Made by a program: the position numbers and the translations under genes. The notes under the pieces were generated by a model. The model was given only the letters and a program-made list of their open reading frames with translations, was not told the origin of the DNA and ran no database searches. From a virus (lineage: Duplodnaviria > Caudoviricetes): a stretch of DNA of 38,356 nt. The stretch is from positions 1 through 38,356 of IMG/VR virus record IMGVR_UViG_3300014613_000051; one strand, 5' to 3'. The stretch's first letter is position 1; the number at the start of each line of letters is the position of its first letter. Shown here one piece after another: positions 17,255 to 25,566 of this stretch.

Positions 17255-17476
17255 ATGGAAAAAACTGTTTTTATTGGCAACTGCGTGAATGCAAATAACT
17301 GTCTTAACTTCACTTGTGAATGGTACACTCCAATGCCCTACACGAGTGAAACATTACCAGGACCATCATGGTGTGAGGAAAAAGATAAACTAGTCTTCGT
17401 GTTACCGTTACATGACATTATACCAGACACAAGACTAATTGAAGAAAAAGAAGGAATATTAACATTAGGAGACTGA
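17255..17476 (+). CDS. Cys-containing hypothetical protein
   Basis: 73 aa, GGAGG SD, four Cys. Confidence 0.65.
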   Translation: MEKTVFIGNCVNANNCLNFTCEWYTPMPYTSETLPGPSWCEEKDKLVFVLPLHDIIPDTRLIEEKEGILTLGD

Positions 17477-17481
17477 TTAAC

Positions 17482-17820
17482 ATGGCTTGGGAAACTGAAT
17501 ACATCGGAGATAAAGAAAAAGAAGAAAAAAACTATGATTACTGGAACCCTGAAGAAGGCGACACACTACAAGGAAAAGTAGAAAAAGTAGAAGAAGGATT
17601 CTACAAGAAAAAAACATTATACGTGGAAACAGATGACGGAATAACCTACCGTACAAGCGAAGCCGGGGGTCTGCACTGGCAAATCGAAAAACTAAAAATA
17701 GTGAAAGGCGATGTAGTCCACCTAGAATACAGGGGACTGAAAGAAATCAATAAAACCGATGAGAACGGAGATCCAATAACCGCACATGATTATAAACTCA
17801 TGAAATGGGTAGAGGACTGA
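17482..17820 (+). CDS. OB-fold single-stranded DNA-binding protein (putative)
   Basis: WNPEEGDTLQGKV...KGDVVHLEYRG...HDYKL pattern; adjacent to an annealing ATPase. Confidence 0.55.
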   Translation: MAWETEYIGDKEKEEKNYDYWNPEEGDTLQGKVEKVEEGFYKKKTLYVETDDGITYRTSEAGGLHWQIEKLKIVKGDVVHLEYRGLKEINKTDENGDPITAHDYKLMKWVED

Positions 17821-17825
17821 TTAAG

Positions 17826-18464
17826 ATGCAACTTAAAAAGCGTGGGAATGAACCAAAAAAAGTCTTAATTTATGGATTAGACGGGTCCGGTAAATCTACT
17901 TTTGGAAGAGATTACTGCAAAGAACATGGACTAAAACCTATCGTGATAGATATTGACGACACCAACTATACTGACATCGATATAGTTGCCATTGACCTAG
18001 GTAATGATATTAAAGCATATCAAGGCATCAAGAATACTATTAAAGAAATCAGTAACAGCGATGATTATGATACAATCATCCTAGATGGTGTGACTAGTTT
18101 ATTAGAACTTTTAACCAGTAAAGCCAAAGGGATGAAAGCATACAAAGACAGGGCCGACAGATGGAGCAGTATCCTACAATCACTCATCAACAGTAAAAAG
18201 AACATTATCTTTATAGGTCAGTTGGACATGGAGGTTATCTTTAATGATGAATACCAATCACCTAAACCCATAATAAAAGTTAATAGTATCGTTAATGAGA
18301 AATACAAGACCATTAAAGAGGGTAACAACTTCACTAGTAAACTCGAAAAGTACAGGGGCAGCAGGGATGAAAGACCCACCCCTAAATCTACTCCTAAACC
18401 ACCCGCTCCGAGTCCGAAACCACCATTCCATCATAAAAAATGTCAGGAGACAGGCTATGATTGA
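17826..18464 (+). CDS. Sak4-like (AAA_24) ATPase/ssDNA-annealing protein
   Basis: KKVLIYGLDGSGKST Walker A and TIILDGVT Walker B; Pro-rich C-terminal tail. Confidence 0.75.
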   Translation: MQLKKRGNEPKKVLIYGLDGSGKSTFGRDYCKEHGLKPIVIDIDDTNYTDIDIVAIDLGNDIKAYQGIKNTIKEISNSDDYDTIILDGVTSLLELLTSKAKGMKAYKDRADRWSSILQSLINSKKNIIFIGQLDMEVIFNDEYQSPKPIIKVNSIVNEKYKTIKEGNNFTSKLEKYRGSRDERPTPKSTPKPPAPSPKPPFHHKKCQETGYD

Positions 18465-18705
18465 AGTAAAACACACAATCAAAGAATACAATTACAAAAA
18501 AGAATGTAACAAAGTTGAGAATGAATCATTCACTATCAAAATACATCAATCCACAAGGACAGCAACAATACCAGTAATCGCCAAAGACCCTGAAACAGCC
18601 ATCGAAGGAGCCAGACTATACCTAGCACGACACATTGACAAACTACACTTCAAAGCTGAAACCAATTACATAATAGAAGAAGCACCGATGAGTGGAGGGA
18701 AATGA
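18457..18705 (+). CDS. Hypothetical protein
   Basis: Restarted at ATG 18457 (MIEVKH...) after AGGAGA. Confidence 0.6.
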   Translation: MIEVKHTIKEYNYKKECNKVENESFTIKIHQSTRTATIPVIAKDPETAIEGARLYLARHIDKLHFKAETNYIIEEAPMSGGK

Positions 18706-18733
18706 CTAACAATAAACAAGGAGCTGAGGGTAT

Positions 18734-20686
18734 TTGATAAGTAAATCCCCACAACAAACAGTACCACTATTCAATTATAATATCAACTGTGAAAAAAGAG
18801 GAAAATACTATCATTACAGCTTAACACTAAAAGAAGAAATCAAATACAAAGCCAAACACCGAGACTCCCCCGCTTTTTTAAATCAAAGTACAGATATTCT
18901 AAGAAACTTCAAACACAAATTATCTGGGAACCTAACCATAGAACAAAACGGTATCACTGCTAATATTGATGATGAATTAATTGAAACACAATTACAGAAA
19001 TGTATGGATGAATTAGATGATTTATTAGTTGAATATGAATTACATAAAGATGATTTCAAAGCGGAATTACTTGAAAATGAAAAAGAAGAAAAACTCAGAT
19101 TACTTAGTGAACAATCAGACAAGTTCAGGAATTATCTTGATGAAAATAATGCCAGTCTTATTGATTTCTTATGGTATGTTAGTAACTGGTTAAGCGGGGG
19201 GGAATCACAAAACACCTTAACCGGTTTTGTATGCCATATAAGTACTTATTTTAAGATTAAACCTGTCTGGTTTTTTGCATTGGGTAAAGCCGGTGAAGGT
19301 AAAAGTGTAATCGAAGAGGCCAGTATAGAATTAATACCAGATAATGCCGTGATGAATGGAAGAGCATCTGATAAAGTTGTTTATCGTAAAACTCAGGAAT
19401 TGGGTAATGATTATATTGATGGGAAAATATTACTCATGAAAGATCTTGGTGAGGATGGAGATACTGATAAATGGAAGGATACATTGGGGCGTTATAAGGA
19501 ATTAACAACTGAGGGGAAAACCGAGTTTGAAGTTGTAGGTGAGGGGATTAATGAAGAAACGGGTGAAAAGAATTTACTCCATTTTACTGTAACGGGTAAG
19601 CCAAGTGTATTATTAACAACGGTTCATAGTGAAAGTTTTAATGACCAGATTATGAGTCGAGGCCATAATGTTTCACCAGTGGCTAGTAATGATGAGGTGC
19701 GTAAATTTCATTATTATAATAAAGGCAGAGTATCACAAACCCGTGAAAAGATTATTGAAAATGAGATTGGTTTATTTAAGGATTATGTGGAATATATCTG
19801 TTCTTTTTATGAAGGTATGAAGGTTATTAATCCATACTGGACTTGTCTGGAAAAATGGTTTCATGGATCAGAGTATTATAAAAGAGCACTAACTCTTTAT
19901 CCTAGTTTAGTTGAGGCAGTTACTTTACTTCATTATCATGACAGGGATACTATTAAAACACAATCCGGGGATTATCTGATCTCTAGTAAAGAGGATAACA
20001 AGTTTGTAGCGGACTTGTTTAATCCGAGTCAGGGAATTAGTGAACCTGCGATTCGATTATTTAACATGTTACTGAAATGGTTTGATGAATTAGATGAAAA
20101 TGAGTTAGAAGATTATCGTGAAGGTAAAAGACTCCGTGCCTGTAAAACTATTTTTAGTGTTGGTGAAGTCCGATATAAATGTTCCCGTATTCAAAGCCTT
20201 AAAGGTTTAGATTATGGGGCTATCATGTCTTCATTAGTTAGTCATGGTTTGATTGAGGCTGTTGATAAGGTGAAAAGGAGTAAAATGAATATTTATATTT
20301 TATCTCATTTTGAATCTTTGGAACAGTCTAGTATTAATTTTGATGAAAAAATAATTGAGAAATATATTAAAGATTTGGAATGGTTGTATGGTCTTTCACC
20401 CGTGCATCTGAGAAAGGTGATTGAGAATGAAAATACTGAAAACTTAACTGAGGATAATTATGCTCGGAATACTGATTTTAAGCTTCCTCCGTGGGTAACT
20501 GGTAAGTTTTCAGGTAAGTCTTTGGTGTCACTGGAGTCCGGAGTATATAAAGGAAACGATGTTTCAGTGCACATTGAGTCCGCTAAAATGGATAAAAATA
20601 GTGGTTCAGTGCACATTGAGTCCGTTATAAATCATGATAAATTAGTGGAGGAAGAACTACGGGAAGAATGGAGTGACTTCGAATGA
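18734..20686 (+). CDS. AAA+ replication protein/helicase (MCM-related) with probable C-terminal winged helix
   Basis: GKAGEGKS Walker A, ILLMKD Walker B-like, VLLTT sensor-1 and DQIMSR arginine-finger-like motif. Confidence 0.7.
   Translation: MISKSPQQTVPLFNYNINCEKRGKYYHYSLTLKEEIKYKAKHRDSPAFLNQSTDILRNFKHKLSGNLTIEQNGITANIDDELIETQLQKCMDELDDLLVEYELHKDDFKAELLENEKEEKLRLLSEQSDKFRNYLDENNASLIDFLWYVSNWLSGGESQNTLTGFVCHISTYFKIKPVWFFALGKAGEGKSVIEEASIELIPDNAVMNGRASDKVVYRKTQELGNDYIDGKILLMKDLGEDGDTDKWKDTLGRYKELTTEGKTEFEVVGEGINEETGEKNLLHFTVTGKPSVLLTTVHSESFNDQIMSRGHNVSPVASNDEVRKFHYYNKGRVSQTREKIIENEIGLFKDYVEYICSFYEGMKVINPYWTCLEKWFHGSEYYKRALTLYPSLVEAVTLLHYHDRDTIKTQSGDYLISSKEDNKFVADLFNPSQGISEPAIRLFNMLLKWFDELDENELEDYREGKRLRACKTIFSVGEVRYKCSRIQSLKGLDYGAIMSSLVSHGLIEAVDKVKRSKMNIYILSHFESLEQSSINFDEKIIEKYIKDLEWLYGLSPVHLRKVIENENTENLTEDNYARNTDFKLPPWVTGKFSGKSLVSLESGVYKGNDVSVHIESAKMDKNSGSVHIESVINHDKLVEEELREEWSDFE
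20521..20624. repeat. Iteron-like direct repeats, 42-bp period
   Basis: TTCAGTGCACATTGAGTCCG is exact at 20563-20582 and 20605-20624, with a degenerate copy at 20521-20540. Confidence 0.85.
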
Positions 20687-21003
20687 CTCAACTAACAATT
20701 GATGAAATGCTCAAACCAGGTCTAGGTTTAACCTTTGAGGAGTACCAAACACTCTACTATTACAAAGGAATCGGAGCCATGATCACTAAATTAAAGGAAC
20801 AATTCCATAAATCAACACCCAACGAATTAAACCAATTAATACAAGCAATACTCTATGGATACAAATATGATGGTACACCAATGACAAAACCAAGAATCCC
20901 AGATCCTTACCTTATGACTACTAATGAATTCCTTTATGATTTTCAATGCAAAGTCTGGAAAAATTATGTTAAAAAGGAGACAAAGCAACAATGTCAAAAA
21001 TAA
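20683..21003 (+). CDS. Hypothetical protein
   Basis: 106 aa, ATGA-coupled to the helicase. Confidence 0.65.
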   Translation: MTQLTIDEMLKPGLGLTFEEYQTLYYYKGIGAMITKLKEQFHKSTPNELNQLIQAILYGYKYDGTPMTKPRIPDPYLMTTNEFLYDFQCKVWKNYVKKETKQQCQK

Positions 21004-21314
21004 TTGTTTGTGATTGGGATACTGTGAATCAATGCGATAACTGTTCATATATTCCTATTTGTGAATTGAATCCTACAAGGAGCCGATATAAAGATAAATT
21101 GGATAGTGAACGGGAAATGATACGAGAAAAACAGGAAGAGGTTATTGTTGTAAAAGAAGGGGATATTGTGGTTTGTAGTAAAAAGAATTGTAGTCAATTT
21201 GGTATGTATGATCTTTGTAGGCATGGAGTACCTCATGAGTATTCTGGTTCTTGTATGATGAGATGTGAAAGATTCACTGATGCACATTGTGATATAGGAG
21301 GAATAGGTTTATGA
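20991..21314 (+). CDS. Cys-rich hypothetical protein
   Basis: 107 aa, two Cys clusters, AGGAG SD. Confidence 0.65.
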   Translation: MSKIIVCDWDTVNQCDNCSYIPICELNPTRSRYKDKLDSEREMIREKQEEVIVVKEGDIVVCSKKNCSQFGMYDLCRHGVPHEYSGSCMMRCERFTDAHCDIGGIGL

Positions 21315-21493
21315 TTGTTTGTCGTCGTTGTGGTGATGATATAAAGGATGAGGGGGCCGTGAGTGTTTATAATTATCCTGAGCATTTTTGGTTCAAATTG
21401 TGCCCAGTGTGTTATGAGATTGAGTTGTATAGTGGCCATCTGGATTTATGTAACTTGGATATTGAAGGAAAAATAGGAGAAGGGGGAGTATAG
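21311..21493 (+). CDS. Zinc-finger microprotein
   Basis: CRRC...LCPVC. Confidence 0.65.
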   Translation: MIVCRRCGDDIKDEGAVSVYNYPEHFWFKLCPVCYEIELYSGHLDLCNLDIEGKIGEGGV

Positions 21494-21494
21494 T

Positions 21495-21653
21495 ATGCCT
21501 TGCGAAATATGTGGAAAAACTATAAGAATTTTAAACGGACCATCAGAATACTTGTTTTATAATCCAAGTACACTGGTGCATCGCCGTTGTCATGAGGAGT
21601 TATTAAACAAACAAGATGTGGCAATTGTAGTAGGGGAAGAGGCGATAGTATGA
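21495..21653 (+). CDS. 52-aa zinc-finger microprotein (not in ORF track)
   Basis: MPCEICGK...VHRRCHE (CxxC...HxxC). Confidence 0.65.
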   Translation: MPCEICGKTIRILNGPSEYLFYNPSTLVHRRCHEELLNKQDVAIVVGEEAIV

Positions 21654-21808
21654 CTAAGGTGGTTATTCGTGAGATTAAGCGTTGTAACCAATGCCCTCAT
21701 CTCTTGCAGATGTTGAATGATTATTGTCTGCATGGAGACAAGCCTAAGGAATTAAATACTGTTCAATGGATACCCATCTGGTGTCCCCTACCTGAAAAGG
21801 AGGAATAA
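21650..21808 (+). CDS. 52-aa Cys-rich microprotein (not in ORF track)
   Basis: MTKVVIREIKRCNQCPH...YCLH...IPIWCPLPEKEE. Confidence 0.7.
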   Translation: MTKVVIREIKRCNQCPHLLQMLNDYCLHGDKPKELNTVQWIPIWCPLPEKEE

Positions 21809-21847
21809 AATGTATGATTCTTTATGGACTAGATATGGAGTGAAAGT

Positions 21848-21973
21848 ATGAATCTGCTAGGTAAAACTTTCTGTGATAAATGCAAATGTGAAATCAAGAA
21901 AGGCATGAGATTTTTTTATATTGGGAATCAATGCTATTGTGAAAAATGCTGGTTTGGAAAGGTGGAAGTATGA
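21848..21973 (+). CDS. 41-aa zinc-finger microprotein (not in ORF track)
   Basis: MNLLGKTFCDKCKCEI...CYCEKCW; GGAGTG SD. Confidence 0.65.
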   Translation: MNLLGKTFCDKCKCEIKKGMRFFYIGNQCYCEKCWFGKVEV

Positions 21974-22374
21974 CTAAAATCATAGAAATAGAAAATTGTC
22001 TTAATTGTATTCATTGTTATAAAGAACAGACAGATATCACTTTAAGTCATTGCATGCATGAAGACAATATTCAATATATCTTAGATAATCCTGGGGATGA
22101 ATGGTTTGAAGACATGCACATGACAGATATTATTCCATTATTTGAAATACCCTCTTGGTGTCCGTTACATGATAAGGAGGAAAACAAACCATTAGAACTC
22201 ATGAAATGGTTAAACAGTATGATTGAGGACATAGAATGTGATGATAGTCTTGATCTATACAGTACACCAACACATGAATACCATACCAAACAAGGCATAC
22301 TACGAGGCCTCAGAATGGTGGAAGATAAGGTTAAAGGATTAGGGTTAAACAATAAACAAACAGGATATGATTGA
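21970..22374 (+). CDS. Cys-rich protein, paralogous at the N-terminus to 21650-21808
   Basis: MTKIIEIENCLNCIH...HCMH...IPSWCPLHDKEE. Confidence 0.7.
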   Translation: MTKIIEIENCLNCIHCYKEQTDITLSHCMHEDNIQYILDNPGDEWFEDMHMTDIIPLFEIPSWCPLHDKEENKPLELMKWLNSMIEDIECDDSLDLYSTPTHEYHTKQGILRGLRMVEDKVKGLGLNNKQTGYD

Positions 22375-22725
22375 TTGGAAGCCAAGGAATTACAAGAAGC
22401 ATGGGACCCCAAAGAGGGCGACTTAATTGTTTGGGATTTTGATGGTAATTTTAAACAAGACTTATTAAGACTTAAAAAAGCATCTAAACAGGATTTACAA
22501 GACTTAGACGTGTTTTGGTTGCCTCGTCAAGAAGACCTAATCAAAATAATGGAAAACAATTGGGAACATGGACGCTGTGAACTAATAGGACATTTCCATA
22601 ATTTCAGTTGGAATTATATCCATGACCGATGCGAAAAATATGATTTCAATGAATTATGGTTAATGGTTTTAATGGAATATATTTATAATAAACAGTGGAA
22701 TGGTAACGGATGGGTGAAACAATGA
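22375..22725 (+). CDS. Trp-rich hypothetical protein
   Basis: 116 aa, FWLPRQEDL...ELWL..LM...YNKQWNG. Confidence 0.65.
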   Translation: MEAKELQEAWDPKEGDLIVWDFDGNFKQDLLRLKKASKQDLQDLDVFWLPRQEDLIKIMENNWEHGRCELIGHFHNFSWNYIHDRCEKYDFNELWLMVLMEYIYNKQWNGNGWVKQ

Positions 22726-22853
22726 ATATGCCTGATTGTAGTTGTGGGAAACAATCAACAACAATTGTAAGGGATATTGACGAGGAGAGTATTGAGTATG
22801 TGTGTGACAAGTGCTTCAGGGAACTATTCCCCTGGAACAGAGAAGGGGACTAA
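22722..22853 (+). CDS. 43-aa zinc-finger microprotein (not in ORF track)
   Basis: MNMPDCSCGK...VCDKCFREL. Confidence 0.6.
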   Translation: MNMPDCSCGKQSTTIVRDIDEESIEYVCDKCFRELFPWNREGD

Positions 22854-22855
22854 CC

Positions 22856-23020
22856 ATGTATTTCCTAGCACAAAACAGTAAAGGTGAGACCGGAGCAGTG
22901 ACTAGTATAATTTGGAATCCACGAGGTGAAATGATGCAAGTGGAATTATTATTCACCGATGGCAGAAGAGAATACTACCAACCATGCGAATTAGATCTAG
23001 AAATGAAAGGAGAACTCTGA
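22856..23020 (+). CDS. 54-aa hypothetical protein
   Basis: Restarted at ATG 22856; ends RREYYQPCELDLEMKGEL. Confidence 0.6.
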   Translation: MYFLAQNSKGETGAVTSIIWNPRGEMMQVELLFTDGRREYYQPCELDLEMKGEL

Positions 23021-23150
23021 ATATGAAAACTCCTCCATTTAATTTCCACTTAACCAAAGAAGCACCATGTGATATTGACGCTTGTCCTTGGAACTGCCCT
23101 TGCCTTGGAGAATGCCCAGGGTGCCCAGTTGATAGAAGACATGAAAAAAA
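22972..23150 (+). repeat. Imperfect 179-bp direct repeat, copy 1
   Basis: Aligns with 23826-24004 from ATACTACCAACCATGCGA to GAAGACATGAAAAAAA. Confidence 0.9.
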
Positions 23151-23163
23151 GGTGAAATCATGA
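23023..23163 (+). CDS. 46-aa Cys/Pro-rich microprotein (not in ORF track)
   Basis: MKTPPFNFHLTKEAPCDIDACPWNCPCLGECPGCPVDRRHEKKVKS. Confidence 0.7.
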   Translation: MKTPPFNFHLTKEAPCDIDACPWNCPCLGECPGCPVDRRHEKKVKS

Positions 23164-23456
23164 AAAATAATCATACTATGTCAAAACTAATGCGAAATAA
23201 AACTTATAAACCCAAACCAATGAGTATAAGAAGAGAATACAATACTATGACTTATTTCCAAGTACAAACACAATTACTAAAACGACCCTGGATTGAAGTA
23301 GCCGGGGAAATAATAAAAAGAGGTGTAAAGAAAATTATGAACTGGGCACAATTATTTATCGATTTAGTCAAGGCCGCACTAGGAAAACCACAATATAAAT
23401 ATTATTATGGGTCTAGAAAGATTAATAAATGTCGTAAAGGCTCTAATTGTAAATAA
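23160..23456 (+). CDS. Basic hypothetical protein
   Basis: 98 aa, AGGTGA SD, ATGA overlap. Confidence 0.6.
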   Translation: MKNNHTMSKLMRNKTYKPKPMSIRREYNTMTYFQVQTQLLKRPWIEVAGEIIKRGVKKIMNWAQLFIDLVKAALGKPQYKYYYGSRKINKCRKGSNCK

Positions 23457-23688
23457 ACCTATTTTTTATCCCTTTTTTTCTTATACTATATAAGTTAATA
23501 CACCTTACACCTAAGACATCTAATTATAAGTATAATAAATTATATATATGACCACTGCAAATAATAATAATTATGGGGAGGAACAAAACTAATATTAACA
23601 ACTCTTTTCATAATTTCACTTCAACCCCTAACCCCCTTCCTCCCCACCCCCCTATAAGAAATAAGCAAAAGAAACTGGAGGCCATGGT

Positions 23689-23874
23689 ATGAGTCCTCTT
23701 TGTGAATTTTGCGGCAAACCAATCATGATTATAACAAGCCCTAAACAACGATTTCATAATGAATCTGAGAATCCAGAATGCTTTAAAGAAAGACACCGAG
23801 AATACCGCCGAAATGCAGATAGAAGATACTACCAACCATGCGAGTTAGAATTGGAACAAAAGGGGAAAATCTGA
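23689..23874 (+). CDS. Zinc-finger microprotein
   Basis: CEFCGK...H...EC; ends RRYYQPCELELEQKGKI. Confidence 0.65.
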   Translation: MSPLCEFCGKPIMIITSPKQRFHNESENPECFKERHREYRRNADRRYYQPCELELEQKGKI

Positions 23875-24004
23875 TGTGTTTCACGGCCCCTTTTGAGTTC
23901 CATCAAACTAAAGATGCACCATGTAATATAGATGCTTGTCCATGGAACTGTCCTTGTCTTGGTGAGGCTCGTGGTTGCCCGGTTGATGGAAGACATGAAA
24001 AAAA
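23826..24004 (+). repeat. Imperfect 179-bp direct repeat, copy 2
   Basis: Aligns with 22972-23150. Confidence 0.9.
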
Positions 24005-24065
24005 TTATACAGGGGCAAATGGTAAGGCTAGATCATGTGGAGCGTGTACTAATGAATATCATTAA
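23874..24065 (+). CDS. Cys/Pro-rich microprotein, paralogue of 23023-23163
   Basis: MCFTAPFEFHQTKDAPCNIDACPWNCPCLGEARGCPVDGRHEK... Confidence 0.65.
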   Translation: MCFTAPFEFHQTKDAPCNIDACPWNCPCLGEARGCPVDGRHEKNYTGANGKARSCGACTNEYH

Positions 24066-24213
24066 ACTTAGTATATTGGAGGCTCTTATCCATAGGTCCA
24101 TACGAGAGGCGGAGTCGAATGATACTATATCAGAGTTGATCGGTGTACTCGAAACCAGTCACCTGGTAGCATTGGAGTACCGAGAAAAAATCAAATATAA
24201 TGAAAAAGATTAA
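23932..24213 (+). CDS. Helical hypothetical protein (true start probably further downstream)
   Basis: The 3' part fills an otherwise empty gap; the 5' part overlaps the previous gene. Confidence 0.4.
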   Translation: MLVHGTVLVLVRLVVARLMEDMKKIIQGQMVRLDHVERVLMNIIKLSILEALIHRSIREAESNDTISELIGVLETSHLVALEYREKIKYNEKD

Positions 24214-24280
24214 TTTGTATATTTTGTTCGTTAAACTGTTCTATACGGAAGTTAAAATAATATATAAAAAAGGTGAAAAA

Positions 24281-24598
24281 ATGAGTTATGTACATTGTCA
24301 TAATTGTGGATGGGATAATGGAGATTTTTTAGAAGACATGGGTGGAACAAAAGCGTATTTAAAAAACTTCGTCACATCCGAATTTAAAAATTTAGTTACT
24401 TTATGGTATGCTAGAAAATTTACAAATGACCGATTAGGGAGACATTGCAGGAGCATAATTAATGCATTTAAATCTTTATGGGTTTTAGTGTATTTTTATC
24501 ATTATAAGCAAGACTATAAAACTACTAGTGATTTTGAAAATAAAAACCCACATCATGTTTGTCCTTCTTGTGGAGAATTTGCATTAGATATTGATTAA
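24281..24598 (+). CDS. Protein with split zinc finger
   Basis: AGGTGA SD; MSYVHCHNCGW...VCPSCGE. Confidence 0.7.
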   Translation: MSYVHCHNCGWDNGDFLEDMGGTKAYLKNFVTSEFKNLVTLWYARKFTNDRLGRHCRSIINAFKSLWVLVYFYHYKQDYKTTSDFENKNPHHVCPSCGEFALDID

Positions 24599-24613
24599 TT
24601 AGTAGATAAAAAG

Positions 24614-24991
24614 GTGAAAAATATGGATAATATACCAAAAATGGAAACTATCAGAGAATATGAAAAACAATTTGAGACCATGAGATGGGTTGATGAAATC
24701 CCTACTATTAATTTTAAACCAGACTGGGATGTTAAAATAATACCTCCATTTGGTGGGGCTGTTGTTAGGTTTATTGTAACTAAAGGAAAAGCCCGTGTTA
24801 GTGTCTATTTGGATTGTTATGATTTAATTGGGATTTATGGAGAACCGTATTGGGAGATTTATCCAGGCTATTTCTATACTGAAAAAGATGGAGATATTGT
24901 TTATGAAGACACTATGAGGTATGATATGAAAGATACTAGTGGGCTGATTAAAGGTATTGAGTATAGTTTAGAATACCAACTAAAGGAGTGA
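24614..24991 (+). CDS. Hypothetical protein
   Basis: IIPPFGGAVVRF...VSVYLDCYD...PYWEIYP, globular-looking. Confidence 0.7.
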   Translation: MKNMDNIPKMETIREYEKQFETMRWVDEIPTINFKPDWDVKIIPPFGGAVVRFIVTKGKARVSVYLDCYDLIGIYGEPYWEIYPGYFYTEKDGDIVYEDTMRYDMKDTSGLIKGIEYSLEYQLKE

Positions 24992-24997
24992 TTTTGT

Positions 24998-25174
24998 TTG
25001 CCGAATTGGAAGGATTTCTGCAAAGACGATACCGATGAAATCAATAATGGATCCACAATGACCCCAAGGGAAGCCAGGAGGATAATATGGGAATCACAAA
25101 ACATAAAATATAGTCACTACTGGAACCACCCGAAAGATTATAAGGAAGCACTACGAGTAATAGGAGAAAAATAG
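24998..25174 (+). CDS. 58-aa hypothetical protein (not in ORF track)
   Basis: GGAGTG SD, TTG start, stop 1 nt before the next ATG. Confidence 0.55.
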   Translation: MPNWKDFCKDDTDEINNGSTMTPREARRIIWESQNIKYSHYWNHPKDYKEALRVIGEK

Positions 25175-25175
25175 T

Positions 25176-25472
25176 ATGCAGAATATAATCCTCAAACAAT
25201 ATTTAACCTATTATGAAAACCTCCTTTTCAAAGACACAATACACTTTAAAAAACTATTCATTAAAAAACTAAAAATACCATTCACCCCACGACCCGGACA
25301 TGTTATTGATGAAATAAAATGTTCAAAATGTAGATACAATAGCAAAACTGATACATGGACTATTAGTTCAGGGTATATTCATGATTGTGATAATTTAAAT
25401 GATTTTAAATACCATGTGAACCGGTTAAAAGAAAACGGGTTCCATGAAATAGAATGGAAATTAGAGGAGTGA
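25176..25472 (+). CDS. Hypothetical protein
   Basis: 98 aa, AGGAG SD. Confidence 0.6.
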   Translation: MQNIILKQYLTYYENLLFKDTIHFKKLFIKKLKIPFTPRPGHVIDEIKCSKCRYNSKTDTWTISSGYIHDCDNLNDFKYHVNRLKENGFHEIEWKLEE

Positions 25473-25566
25473 TTCATATTAAGCCTGTAACTTATCCTCA
25501 CTCCAAACTCAAAACATAGCGTTAAATGTTTTTATATGAAACTATTTTAATAATTGGAGGGTTAAT

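Noticed and set aside
22972-24004. Diversity-generating retroelement TR/VR pair
   Set aside because: Differences are not adenine-specific, many are synonymous, and no reverse transcriptase is present.
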